The notes under the pieces are model-generated. The model had not been told where the DNA came from and ran no database searches. It saw only the letters and a program-made list of their open reading frames with translations. 64,000 nt of DNA, taken from the NCBI GenBank assembly GCA_003344405.1, contig NOWV01000018.1, forward strand, positions 62,001-126,000, in the 5' to 3' direction. A program made the position numbers and the translations under genes. The stretch's first letter is position 1. The number at the start of each line of letters is the position of its first letter. Origin of the DNA: Trichoplax sp. H2 (lineage: Eukaryota). Below are positions 39,992 through 53,419 of the stretch, in pieces.

Positions 39992-42900
39992 TTATCCTTC
40001 AGATTTTGGAGGAGTATACCATCCTTTATGAGCAATTACATAATGCAAGCACAAAATTCTTAGTAATCCAGTGGGAATCAAAATTATGCTATTGTTTCAA
40101 TACAAAGAATTAAAATTTTTATCGTTAATTTAAACTAATTTATAACGTACCGTTCTTCCCATGCAATTTAACCATGGATTGGAAAGAACTTTGCGCTCTA
40201 AAATAGCTATAGGAATTCTGATATCGAAAAAATGTAGAATTCAAGTTAATTTCCTACACAAAAGGGAAATTTAAAGATTCACAAGAATATAAATGAAATG
40301 CTGCATTTACCGCCGGGGCTGAAAAATCAATGCGAGCTTTGCCTTGCACCAGCGTCGCAGCAATCTGTATAATAATGGCATCAACTGTATAGACGCTGCT
40401 CCATCCCTAGACATAAGCAAAAAGGTGAATGGTCGCAACAATAGTTTGGGGAAGGGCAGCATAGTTTTATATTTTATATTTGTCGTATGTAACACACTTA
40501 AGGTGATTTAGAATATATAGCGTGAGTATAAATAGTGCATTTAATATTCATCTGCAAACCTGCGGTGTAAGAAGTTCCATACAAATTGCTCCACCGGTCA
40601 TAACGTACCTGATAGTGTAGGAAAAATAAGATTCGATGTTTAAGAATTTATCTATTTACAATGTAAATACAGTACTCTTATCAGTCGTATGTTAACGTTT
40701 TACTAACCCTCCAGTAACTATAGGCTCGACCACACGAACAAATGGAGGATGAAGCGGGTAAGAGTCCTAAAGGTAAATTTGAGTTAAGTTAGTCACAATT
40801 ATTGTACTTGAAGCAAACTATCATCGAAAATAGATCACTATCAAACCTTAAAGGTAAAATTTAATAAAATATGGGAGTACTTCAGCTTTTTCTTTAACTT
40901 CTTCAAGTCGCTACATAAATGGCTATCTGGGTCAACTCTACATTTAAGATCGTAAATTCATAGAATAGATTATTATGATGGTAAAAAGCTAGATAAATTC
41001 TGTTAGCTCGTAAAAATGAAGAATACAAAATTGAAATAACCTTAGAATCTTAACATTCCACTCATACAAGCTATCATTAACAAGTTCTAGAGTGTACGTT
41101 CCTGTATAAAATTATAAGCAAAAACGGATCTTAAAGGTTGATACAATGTAAATTCTTAACAGATCATTCTGCAAGTTATAATTTATAGCTATTAACCATT
41201 TTTATATGCAGCTGACTGGTAAACATCTTTTAATTCTTTCATTAGCCGATCAGAAGCCGTTACTGATCCAGATACTGTTCCCTAGTATAACAGATAACGA
41301 ATTCGGTAAATATAATATCTGATGCATGTAAAAGTTTACGATTGATTTTGTAACAAAAATGTGAATTGATCTAAAATAATTTATATCAATATAATACTGT
41401 TAAATTGTATATAAATCAGAGTACATTGCTATTGCCTTAAATATTCTTTTTTATCAGCTACTATAACTTATTTTACTGACGGCATCTTCGTAACATAATG
41501 TATTATCTTATGAGCAAATATTCAAAATGGTGCGTAGTACGAAAATATCTTCGAAACAAATTTTAAACCTTCAAGTAATCATCCATTTGTGTCTTTTTAA
41601 TCTTTTTAAGTGTTTCTAATTCTCGGCTAGATAAGCTCTCATTTTCTTTCTTATCCATAGAATAACTACATTTTGATGCAATAAATAGGTAACGGAAAAT
41701 GACAAAAGTTAAAATAATCGATAACATTTTTTAGAAGTTGTACAAAGTACACCTATGGCGTAAACAGTCTACAATATGACACAAAAATAGCTCCATTTAT
41801 TTCATGTAATATCTATCAGCTATAGTTATACGTACTCGTCATCGTTCATATCTACAATGAAGCGTTCGGTATCCTGCTTTTTGATCAAATATAGTAGATG
41901 CAGTTTAATAACATCATTTAAGATTACATATTAAAATATTATATTGTACGGATAGTAAAATTACATCATCATCATCTTCGAATTCGCTAGCATCGCTAGA
42001 GTCTTCCTCAGCAGTGTTATGGCTATGTCTGGTCTGCACAACTTTACTAGCCCCTTTCACTCGTCCCGAATCCTAAATGTAAATTCGTAGATCAAAGTAA
42101 CTGGATCATCTGAATTACCTTCTAACCATAATGTAGTACTAGCTATTAAATTTCTAGAACATTATCGTACGTTATTATACCTGTACTAATAATTTCTTCA
42201 CATTCTCATTGATAACAACGTCAAAAGATTGACATAACTTGCTGCACAATTCATAAATCATTTGCAGTAGCTAAAATAAAATAAAAGAATTATAAATAAA
42301 GGTAAAAACTGTCATAAGGGATAAGCGATCGGAGATTAGTATTTTCGGATTATCTTTTATCGATAGTAAGCATTTAACGATTATTAATTATGACTGAATG
42401 GTTATTCTATATAGATTGCGACGAAAACATTCAAATCAGGATTGACTTAAGGTTTGATATATAAACACTTTGTAAAGAAACTTATTGAAAAAAAAGCATG
42501 ACAGTTCTCTACAATTTGTTATTAGGCAGCAAATTCGAAAAAATAATAATCATAGTCTTACTACTATTTTCGAATTTTGGATAATATAAATACAAATATA
42601 ACTAAACAAAATGTGACAACGGTATGAAGATAAAGACAAAAGTTTTAGAGGTACAATATACGATAGCAAGTTTAGATTTACGAAGCAACCTTTCAGTAAT
42701 TTTTTACTACTACAGTATTAAAATGTCTCACAATGCAGTTACAAAAATTATTCTTCTTCACAGTAGTAGTAAATGACCGCTAATCTGTGGGTTTAAAATA
42801 AATTGAAAAATGATATCAGATTAGTACTACAAACCAAATTATTTCCATTACTATCAGCCTTTCCATTAATGTCGCAAATGCATTCTAGTATTTTAGGATC

Positions 42901-43765
42901 CTCGGTATCGCAAGACCAGATCGGGGGATTGTTCGGATAATTATTCTATTAGAATAGATATTCACATAATTAGCTCTCAATAGCAATGAGACACTTAAAG
43001 CTTAGTATAATGTAGCAACTTTAATATTAATCGTGTAGATAATTTATAGTACGAATTAGATTGCACGTTTACTTATTATATCTTTTTATATGACTATATA
43101 GCAATTGTCCAGTCCGACGTTAATGTAGCATTAATTTATTAGGATGAAAAATTGATTGCATAAGATTGAGCTTTCATAAATACGCTATATTTTTTAGCTT
43201 GAGATCAAATTATAATAACAATATCGCATTTTTTTTGACAATGTCAACATAGCTATGTTCACTCGTAATAGTCTAAGTCGTAAAGTTAAATAACATAATT
43301 AATACTCTATTTGTGAGCAAAAACATCGAGTCGATGTTCGTGAAAATGTATTTTAATGTTGGAGAATGGTTTCATTAATAAACTAGTAACTGTAATACAA
43401 GCATGATAGTTGAAAAATTGGTAGTATCGTACCATCCGCAATTTTATGATAGGAACAGGAGTGATTTATAGTTGAAAACTACATTATCTCTCTTACTGTA
43501 TGAATGTTCTATTAGTAATTATTACAGAAAACATTTATTCATTATTCTTTTTATGAGCTGAAATAATTAAAAAAAATTTGGTTTTTATCGATATACTTAC
43601 AGGTATATTGCACGTTAAGATATATTTTTTATCTTTTCCAGGCATAAATTTGACAGCAATTTCATCACTATTAACCCTTACTACTTGAAAATTAGAATCA
43701 ACTTTGTACAATGTCGACTTAATACGTTCAAGTTCACTTTTCAAACTTAGACACCCAACGGCCAT
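39992..43765 (-). CDS. UBE2Q: Ubiquitin-conjugating enzyme E2 Q family (N-terminal RWD-like domain plus UBC domain), multi-exon
   Basis: MAVGCLSLKSELERIKS..YILTCNIP/NNYPNNPPIWSCDTEDP; acidic linker; GTVSGSVTASDRLMKELKDVY; LVNDSLYEWNVKI; VDPDSHL; DSYPLHPPFVRVVEP; catalytic segment [24 protein letters not shown]; C-terminus GWYTPPKSEG* (stop at 39992-39994). Confidence 0.92.
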
Positions 43766-45963
43766 CGTCACTTTCTAAAAGAATGAAATATTCCTGATTA
43801 AGAGGACAATCATAAGTTGCAGCTTTTAGTCATATACACATAATATTGTCTGTACCACTGGTATAATAAGTAATCGGTCATTTATGTTTTCTACAGCGAC
43901 CAATACGCTAATATAAAATTACTAATAATTGCAAATGTAAATTCGAATCGATCAACATGGTTATTATTTAAATTGCAGTCCCTTCTTTTTGATATGTGGT
44001 ATGTTACTTCTATCGACAGTTTACAGTTTAACTACAGTATAAGACAGAATGGCGTTGAGATTTTAACAGACTTTCAACTTCAGCTAGGGTGTAATCTCCT
44101 GATTTTATTTTAGTTCCTGTTACAATGGGACATCTTTCTTTATTATTTTTCGAAACTACAATATGATCAACGAGTAATGGAAAAACAGATATTGTAGAGG
44201 TGTTTATTGCACATACTATGTATTATTTTCCCTTTCTGACTCCAACTATAGAGGCTGTTTGGGGTGTAATATAATCATTTACATTACAGATAATAACTTA
44301 GCATGGTACGGTTAATCGAAAAATTGCAATTTTATACTTTAGTTGAATTAATTCACTTGACTACCGTAAAATCACCAGGAAGAATTAGTGATGATATGCT
44401 TTGATTGTGAAGTTATGATCTATATCTTACTTGAAGACGTAACAGCGAAAGCATTCATGTTTACCGACAATTTTAATCAGAACTACTATATTGTAAAAGT
44501 TTACTGGGATTATCGACGATTGTATTATGTTTATATGTGCGATAATGGACAGGTATTGGTTTGTCCAGGTAATATGAAAGAATGGAATATTTGTAATAGG
44601 GAACAAATTTAACATGTTGTAAACGTAATAAGGTTACAACAATATATAAATTTAATCATTTACACACATGCGGAACTAGTAGGTTGAATGCTTTAGTCAA
44701 AAATGATTATCTTGTACGAGAACTATTGCTATTATCCTGTTTTAACTGGAAAGTTTGTAAGAGATCAATCATGTTGTCAAATACGGTAGTAATGCAAAAT
44801 CCTATAACAAGAGGCAGTATATTTTCTTGGCGTATGCTTTGATAGCTAATATAGTACTCATAAGAGGTATAATAAGCTGCACTGGTCTTTCTTTCTCCAA
44901 AAAGTAAAAGATATTAATACTGCCATTGGCAAAAGTATAGATTATAGATTTGAAAGAGCAAAATAATAATGTACTGTAGGAAAATTAGCCAAATGATGTA
45001 CGTCACCTACAGAATCTACTTAATGGTATGATTGCATTCCATTTAGGCATTGATACATCTTGAAAAATGTAATACATATCACGTAAAATTACTTTAGTTA
45101 ATGCGTTCTAAGATAGGAATAATATATATATATATAAAATGTTCATTGATCACTTTTAAAGGTTCATGACTAGCTATTCGACTCTTCCGTGTTATAATAA
45201 TGAAATAATTCACCAAGAATAAGGTATACGTATGTAGTATGTTATTTACCTTGAATGTACACGATATTATTTTTAAAATAAGATATAGTGCATTCAAGTG
45301 GCCGTAAGATATATCGCATAGAATTGCGTTGTTCACTTACTATACTGCTATTACTTCTTTAAAGGTAACAACTAGTAATAAAATTCGATCATGGTCTTGT
45401 AAAAGAGTTAACCAAGGATAGGGAGTACAAATAGTATCTTCAGGGAATACGGCTTGATACTTATGAGATATTTTAAGGTACGGGAGTAGTGTATGTATAA
45501 GTTAATTCTATTTTATTATTGCTGGTCAATTTGCGAGACGTGATCATTTTCTAGCCGGAACGTAACGTAGTTAGCAGTTAGTAATTTTATCGACACATGA
45601 TCTAGAAAGATCTTGTTGACGTATTAGAAGGGTGACAACGAGCATTTTCAAAATCTCTGTTGAAAATATGAATGTAGGTATAGATATCGTTTATCTTAAA
45701 ATAAAGTGGATACCGCAGAAGAGATTAATGTAATTTAAGAATATGGATAAAGTGCAATATGTATCCGATGCATTTTATGATCGAAAACGATGAAACATAG
45801 ACGTACTACTAGTAGACTATATAAGAGTATCCTTGCCACTTCATAAAGGTATACAGTATACATCCTATTTACAGTACTACCAACATAAAGCTTTCATATT
45901 CATCAGGAAAATTGAGCGAGAGTAATAAACACTATAGGCATAGAGATGTAGTATTGTATTTAC

Positions 45964-47200
45964 CTTCAAATGGACGGAATCTTCTATGAAGACAGTGTTT
46001 GTTTCAGCTTGAATGTTTCCTTTTTAGCAATGGATTTGCTATCTTCTGTAAAGAAAAATTCAATACCGCTATATCAATACATATTACGGATTTCAAAGAG
46101 GATTGAAGTGGATAAAAGGATAAGATAGAAATGGCAATACGTCGAGATTACATGAATGATATTATTCTTCCTATATGATGCTATTTGAGTATTACAGTAT
46201 ACTTGTATGAAAAGGATAGCGTGGCAAAAAGTTAGGATAGACGATCACTTCAATCATTGATCGCTAAAAGAGAGGAGGCCAATGTATAGAAAGTAGGCAA
46301 GGTAACGAAAATGAAATGAATGATATCAAAGTTAGTCCATGTGCTTTTAATGTCGTTCTTACTATCAATGAATAGTATCCAATTTTGTTAATCCATACTG
46401 ATGGAAGGAGAACTTTGTTATTACTCCATACTGCAAGGACAATATTTTTATCACAAGACGAATAATAACAACAAGTACATATATATGATGGACCACTTGC
46501 ACTGGAGGCAACAACACCAATCGATTCAATTCAATAGGATACAGTACATGCAAGCGCTATTCTATCGATATTAGATCATACATTGGCTGGATATTTGTCG
46601 AAGTGCCTTGATACTGTACGTAGCACTATAGTACTGAAACTGAAGCGACTTTTCCCCTTTGACCGGGTCGTCTTCAATGGGACAGTAATGTAGTTTTGGC
46701 ATTTTTCTACAAATTGAAAATGGGACAAAGTGAGGACTAGACTACATGTATAGTATACCATGACTTCAGCGCTATTACTATCAATGCCATTGGAAAATGT
46801 CGCTGACTAATAAACATGAATAAAAGAGTCTATCAATGATAGACTCAAAAGAAATGTCATTTTTTTCAAAGATTGAAAAGGACCTTTCTTAAAGCCACCG
46901 TTCTTTTCACTGACAGGATTTGACTGGATCACTGAGGAGATTCTTGAACTTTCGATTCGTTGGCATCAAGCGTTCCAACCCATTAAGTTAATGCTAACAG
47001 CTTTAACACTACCAAATAAACTTTCACTCTTGATTTGTCGCAATCTGCTTCCACTCAATGAACTAAATCTAGTCAATAATGAGAAATCCAATCATGCAGG
47101 AATGGCTTACTCAAACACATTAGCGACTAATGAAGAGATGTGGATCTCCTCTGCTTGGTTGACGTCGGAGTGAGTGGATTTCCACCAGCTACATACGCTT
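45964..47200 (-). other. Putative non-coding 5' UTR exons of UBE2Q (~47200-47111 and 46045-45964)
   Basis: The UBE2Q ATG sits ~10 nt after a TTTTAG acceptor. Upstream on the minus strand are a TTTACAG..GAAG|GTAAAT exon (stops in all three frames) and a TGA|GTAAGC donor at 47110 next to a motif-rich promoter-like region. Confidence 0.45.
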
Positions 47201-47490
47201 ACAGTACACTGTCTACAGTACAGTACAGTACAATCTTTTACAGTACATGTACTGTACCTACAGTACTGTACAACATGTACATACTGTAGACAAACCAGCA
47301 CGGGTGTTACGTGTTGGACGAGACGTGACTGCTGGCATCGCTTTGTATTATTACGTACCACTTGGTACAGCCATTGTACTGCTGTATGGTAGTGTAAACG
47401 GTAGGAGAAGTCGATGCCTGTCAACGTTTTCAGTCGTGTGAAAAATGACGTACCGTACCGTGCCGTGCCGTGCCGTACAGACGGTACGCT
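47195..47490. repeat. TACAG and (CCGTA/CCGTG) micro-repeat array at the putative UBE2Q promoter
   Basis: tacagtacactgtctacagtacagtacagtac... at 47200-47290 and cgtaccgtaccgtgccgtgccgtgccgtacag at 47449-47480. Confidence 0.85.
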
Positions 47491-47643
47491 TCAACACAAA
47501 GCGCATCGGCGACAGCTGGACGCTCAGTCAAGTCACTGGTTCAATCCATTGCTATACAGCTTACATATTGCGGAGGAGGCTAAAGTCGAGTTACGATAGT
47601 GACGTTGCTCAAGCAACAAAGATTTCCAAAAATGATGTCACCC

Positions 47644-48265
47644 GTGACAATGACTTTGATGTGTGACATCTTTTTGGCTGACGATGCTGTCTGATGAAGT
47701 AGTGGCACTCCAGTGTAGGTATAGAAAAAGACGACTATGGATTGGAGAGTCGAATTGGGTAAACTGCATGAATTCACTTTGGATTTCACAGGGAAGAAGA
47801 AGAAGTTGCAAGGCACTGCCATGGACTACTAGAAATTACGTGTAGTCCATGACTAAAGCAGAAACTCTTACTGTACAGCAGAGAATTTCTCTTGCAAGGA
47901 GAATCGTGTAGTTCTATTGTATCCTTTGCAAAAATAATGTCGCTATGATGTACCTGTGACAATGGCTTTGATGGGGTGACATTTTTTTGGCCGACGATGC
48001 TGTCTGATGGAGTGGAGGAACTCCAGTGTAGGTATAGAAAAAGACGATTATGGATTGGAGAGTCGAATTGGGTGAACTGAATGAATTCACTTTGGATTTC
48101 ACAGGGAAGAAGAAAGAAGTTGCAAGGCACTGCCATGGAAATTACGTGTAGTCCATGACTAAAGCAGAAACTCCTACTATACACTACAGTAGAGAATTTC
48201 TCTTGCAAGGAGAATGGTGTAGTTCTATTGTATCATTTGCAAAAATAATGTCGCTATGATGTACC
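47644..48265. repeat. Head-to-tail tandem duplication, period 312 bp, high identity
   Basis: Copy 1 47644-47954 and copy 2 47956-48265 both run gtgacaatg.ctttgatg..ctccagtgtaggtatagaaaaagacga.tatggattggagagtcgaattgggt..tttgcaaaaataatgtcgctatgatgtacc. Confidence 0.95.
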
Positions 48266-49275
48266 GTGGGACTAGTGAACACGACTCGAGAGCGACAATA
48301 GCAATGTGACATCCTTTTTGAGACGGGTGAATCTCATTGCTGTCACCATGGAACTAGGCGAAACATTTTAGTGCAGTCTACGATGACACGGTCACTAACT
48401 TACTGGCTCTAGTCATCTATTAGTTCAAAAGAGCTCGAAAATGGTCTAAAATTAAAAACACTTTGTAAAATTGGCTCAGTATGAAAGACTAGCAGAAATT
48501 AGCCATCAAGTCTACAGTATTTTACCCAGAAATCAGTACCGACCAAATAAATACTGTACAGTACATAAACAAAACAAAATATACAGTACTGTACAGTAAT
48601 ATCAAAAGCATCCACAATAAATACTGCACAATGCCAATCTAGTTGTGAGTCAACTTGCGACTCTGAGTGACGAAGCCATGATTTACAGCCGTCCACTGGC
48701 TCCTTAGAAGCATCGCCCGACAAGTTACCAGTCTATCCTGTATTCTTAAAGTCATTGCAATCGAGCTGATCGCCTAAAAGCAAACGATTAAAACTACTAT
48801 TTTAAACCGTGTTCATTCAACTCGGTGGCCAATCATCAAGAATATTCTATACTATAGTCTGTAAGACACTATGTGGCATGTATCTGTACGGAAGTACGGA
48901 CAGACTGTATGGCTAATGCGCTATGCTGTACTGACTGTATCAGGGACTTGGAAGAATTCCCTGAGTCAGTAGTGAATAAGGCAAGATTAGTACGGTACGG
49001 TACAGTATAGATCAAGCTGGTCGTCAAGGATTAACTACGCATGCTTGCAACGTTGTTACCTACTGTACTCATTACTAGCAATAATTACAGTGTTCTTGCC
49101 TCACACCACTGTGGCCACCGATCGACCGACATCTTGGATTTTACCTTGGAGTATGTTCAAGACGCTCAAGCATTAAAAAATACTTTATTGGATGTGGCAA
49201 AGAATTGAATATATTAAACATTTTCAACGTAAAGAAGTGAAATTTGGAGTCAGATTATAGTTTATCCAATAAATC

Positions 49276-52200
49276 ATGTCTACAGAACAGGTTGATGAAT
49301 TATACGATGTTCGAAATGGTTTCTACTTAGGAGCTTATTCTCAATGTATAAAAGATGCTCAAAAACTACAGGTAATGTCAAAGATGGCTTTCGTATCGTA
49401 CACTTTGCTACTCTATGGTTACAATGAATTACTACTTTCATTATCATTGACAAGATCTCAGTATACATCTGTGTTATGAGTGTGTTTCGCAAAGTGCATT
49501 AAACTTGATAACGATGACATGTAATCCAGTATGGTGGCTAGATAGAATTGGCAAGACTGTTGCATTATTTCTCCAGTATTGATCTCAATGTATCTGATCA
49601 GAAATAATGTGCCATTTCTCTATATCAACTTAAACTAAAATTTGCTGTTGAACAGTATAGTTGGAAAGTAAGGCAGTAATGTACTGTATATCCAAGAGTA
49701 ATCGATCTGAGTAATATTCAATTTCTCCATATCAATTTGAAGTTTATTGCTGCTATACAGTATTGCACTATACCATGACCGTAGTGTACTGTACACTCTC
49801 AAGTAAGATGGCGATGTCCATACATACGAGTAGGAGGTCCAGGTACTTATGAATAGCATCGTTGCTGTCTTTCATAATCGGATTAGAGAGTAGAGAATTA
49901 GCGGTGCTGACATTTCTGTATTTTTTCCTATGGATTGTTAAGTTCAGCTGGGTAAAATATAGGAATAAGTGTGAAGATACCGTATATGAACTGTAAAATA
50001 AGAATAGCTCTACCTTCTACAGTACAATATATACGCGTATACATACGAGGTTATACTGCGGGTTCGTCTAGCAATAAGGAATCTGCCATTTCATTTTCTA
50101 CAAACTACAGGTATTTGATAGGAAGTGTGAGTCAAATTGCTTTACAATATCAACGTAAAAGAGAGAGAAATTAGACAGATTGTTGTGCCATAGAGGGAAT
50201 AAAATAAACGGTGTAATAATTAGAATTGATTTTCTACGTTACTACTTCTTGACTTTATAATTGATCGGAATTGACTGTATAATTTCACTGTATTAAAAGT
50301 AGACAAGTTCTGTACTCACTTATTCTTTCATTCTGTATGAACTTGCATGAATGTTTTCAACCATCCAGCATTTTCATTCTTACTATTCTGACAGCACCAA
50401 TATAGTATTTTACAATTATATTTCGTTTATTAACTTTGATTTATTACTGTAAATGCTCCTGAAGCCATACTTATATGTCCTATGTGATTTACCAGTAATA
50501 CAGTATCATACTACATACGTTTCTAGAATTGAATGCGGTGCAACAGCTACAATTTTTACGCTGTGTAGATCATGTCTTAGTTAGTTTTCCATTCTGAAAA
50601 TTTGACTTAACTAGATACCACCTTTACGATATGTATTACAGCGCACTATCCGATTGAGTTACTTGCGAATTGTTGACTTGAATAGTAAATGCGCACTTAT
50701 TTTACAGTAATAAAGTCCATGTTCACAAAAATATTCCCATGACATGTTTCTATGTATAAAAGTCTGCGGTTTTTCTATTTTTACTAGCTGTCTAATCCAC
50801 AATTGGCCGTCCAGCGAGACTTCTTTGTTTACAGAGCTTACACAGCACAGGTAGGTACAACGAAGCTATGTAAAGGACAGATTTACCACCGTTGACGAAT
50901 TGTTGCTAAATATTTGCTCTAGTTTATTTTACAAGTTTCGATATTTGGAACTAAAAAATAAATTTCCAGTGAAATAATCATATTCTAATGTATGGATAGT
51001 TCTAATAGTGGATGTTACAAATTACGATCGCTTCAATTAAACGTTGTAAGGTTAATTTTATTACGGCGACTAGAAAGTAGAAGGACTTATTGAACCACTG
51101 TGTAATATATCTCCTAATTTACGTACAGCAATAACTCTTAGTTTACAATACTCGTAAGTGTACTGTATTCTTGAAGTAACTCTTGTAATTATGCCTTTTA
51201 ATTACCAGCGGAAATATGCTGTTGTACTGGATGAAGTCAAGCCCTCATCACCTTTAGAATTGCTAGGTGTGCGCTATTTAGCTATGTACCTATCAGCAAC
51301 TAGCGAAGCCGAAAGGTGATTTAACTACACACAAAAAATGATTCATCACCATTGACTACAACATATGATGTATTGATGTCGATTTGTAATTGATTTCTTT
51401 CGTAAGCTAGTAGCTGCGAAAGTAAGGTATTAAACAATCGGTGATTTATCTTACAAAATGTATGATATTGAATTTCACCTAGAGAAAGGACTATCAAAGC
51501 TGTAGAAGATAAAATAAAGGACGGTTTACAAGAAGGCAGTGACTCTTTCTTACTGATGACAGCTACCATGTACCTTCACAAACATGTACGTACTGCATAC
51601 TCATTGTACTTTATAACCTATAAACTGATAGCATCTTATTAATTATATGCTCGTTATTTCTAACTTTCTCATACAGGATTATGATAATGCTTTAAGATAT
51701 TTAAATCAAGTCGAATGCTTAGAAGGGTAAATTTTTACAAAGTTTTCAATTAGATCTCGCAAGCGTCTTATAGCCTATATAAAGTAAATAAGAATAATTA
51801 AGTACAGTATTTTATCAGACTAATAATGGCAATTATTTGACTATGTAGATCTTCCTTAGCAATCCAAGCGTATCTAAAGATAGATAGAGTGGATCTAGCC
51901 AAGTATGTCAGCCATAAGTTACATTTAAACATCATGATTTTTAGCAATTAGAATGGAATCAATTTTATCTTTAGGTTGAAATGTAAACTTTAAGGATATT
52001 GTTTCAATAAATCTTTTATTTGATTCACTCAGGAAAGATTTAAAGAAGATGCAGGATGAAGATGAGGATGCCACTTTAACTCAACTCGCCCTTGCTTGGT
52101 TCAATTTAGCTATTGTAAATACTATTTTAGGCTTGATATTTGTGTCCGCGCCTTTATCAATTTACGATCGTACATTCTCTCGATCCAAACGAGCTAGTGC

Positions 52201-52936
52201 CATTGTTTTGATAATTTATTATATTTGTAAATGATGTTAATTAAGGGCGGTGATAAACTTCAAGATGCCTTCTACATCTTCCAAGAAATGGCTGACAAAC
52301 ACGGAGCAACTGTTTCATTATTAAATAGTCAAGCATGTTGTCACATCTTGCAAGGAAAATATGATGAAGCTGAAACATTGCTACAAGAAGCTTTTGATAA
52401 GGTATTATAATATAAATACTACTGTTTAATTGTTAAGTTTTAAAAAATCAATTCGTTAAATTTTGTATTAATCCATGATTAATCGCGCCTGTTATTATTG
52501 TACCAAACAATAGGATAGTAATGATCCTGAGACATTAGTAAATTTGGCAATGATTTCTCAGCATCTAGAAAAAGCTCCGGAGGTTATATAAATAACGTTC
52601 TATTTTAAGTATCAGTAATCGTCAGTATACTATATGGACTGAACTACAGTACATGCTAATGCAGAGAACATACTGATATTAATCGTGTGTACATTTTTTC
52701 GTTTTCAGATATTTAACCGGTATTTGTCCCAAATTAAAGACGCCCATTCTGATCATGAATTTGTTAAAGATTTGGCAGCTAAGGTATAACCACCACACAT
52801 AACAGCTTACTGTATATTTGTTTAGTGATGCTGACAGTGATAATTAAGACTGGAAACTAAACTGCTATCTTGTAATTTATAGGAAAAAGAATTTGATATT
52901 ATGCTCGAACATACACGATCATCCTACACTAGGTGA
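49276..52936 (+). CDS. COPE: Coatomer subunit epsilon, about 11 exons
   Basis: [63 protein letters not shown]../[11 protein letters not shown]/..[41 protein letters not shown]../[11 protein letters not shown]../[23 protein letters not shown]. Confidence 0.95.
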
Positions 52937-53419
52937 AATGTGTATTGGTTGCATTGGTTTATTCTGAATATTAAGGAAATGATAAATAAAATAAAACAGT
53001 TATCAAAATACATTACAATGCTGCCATGACGACTATTCTCTGTGCTCGAATATCTAAGAATATCGCATTTTCTTTCAGAGATATTCTTTAGTACTGAGTA
53101 TAATGTTAAGCCACCTCTCTATTTCAGGCTGTAAATATTTCTAATATATGTAGACGAAAGGACGGGATACAGTACCTAGGTCATTGTCTGTTACCAATTT
53201 ACTAGCTGTGGCTGTCTACACCTTCCAACAATTAGTTAGCACTCTTAATCGTTTCTTACTTAATTTACCAGGTTTTACTTTTGCAAACGTTGAAGAGACG
53301 AAATGTACGAAAACGATTTTAACGTCATTTATCGACTGTAGTATTAGAAGTTGATAAATCGCGAGATTTAGTTATATGCACGTGGGCTTTACTATAATAT
53401 TTTTAAACTTTATTTACTG

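Noticed and set aside
44388-44615. Short ORFs in the UBE2Q 5' intron (also 34108-34443 in a CRTC intron)
   Set aside because: Short and AT-rich, with no recognisable homology or supporting splice structure.
47580-48208. ORFs within the 312-bp duplication
   Set aside because: Frames differ between the two copies because of indels, and there is no recognisable domain.
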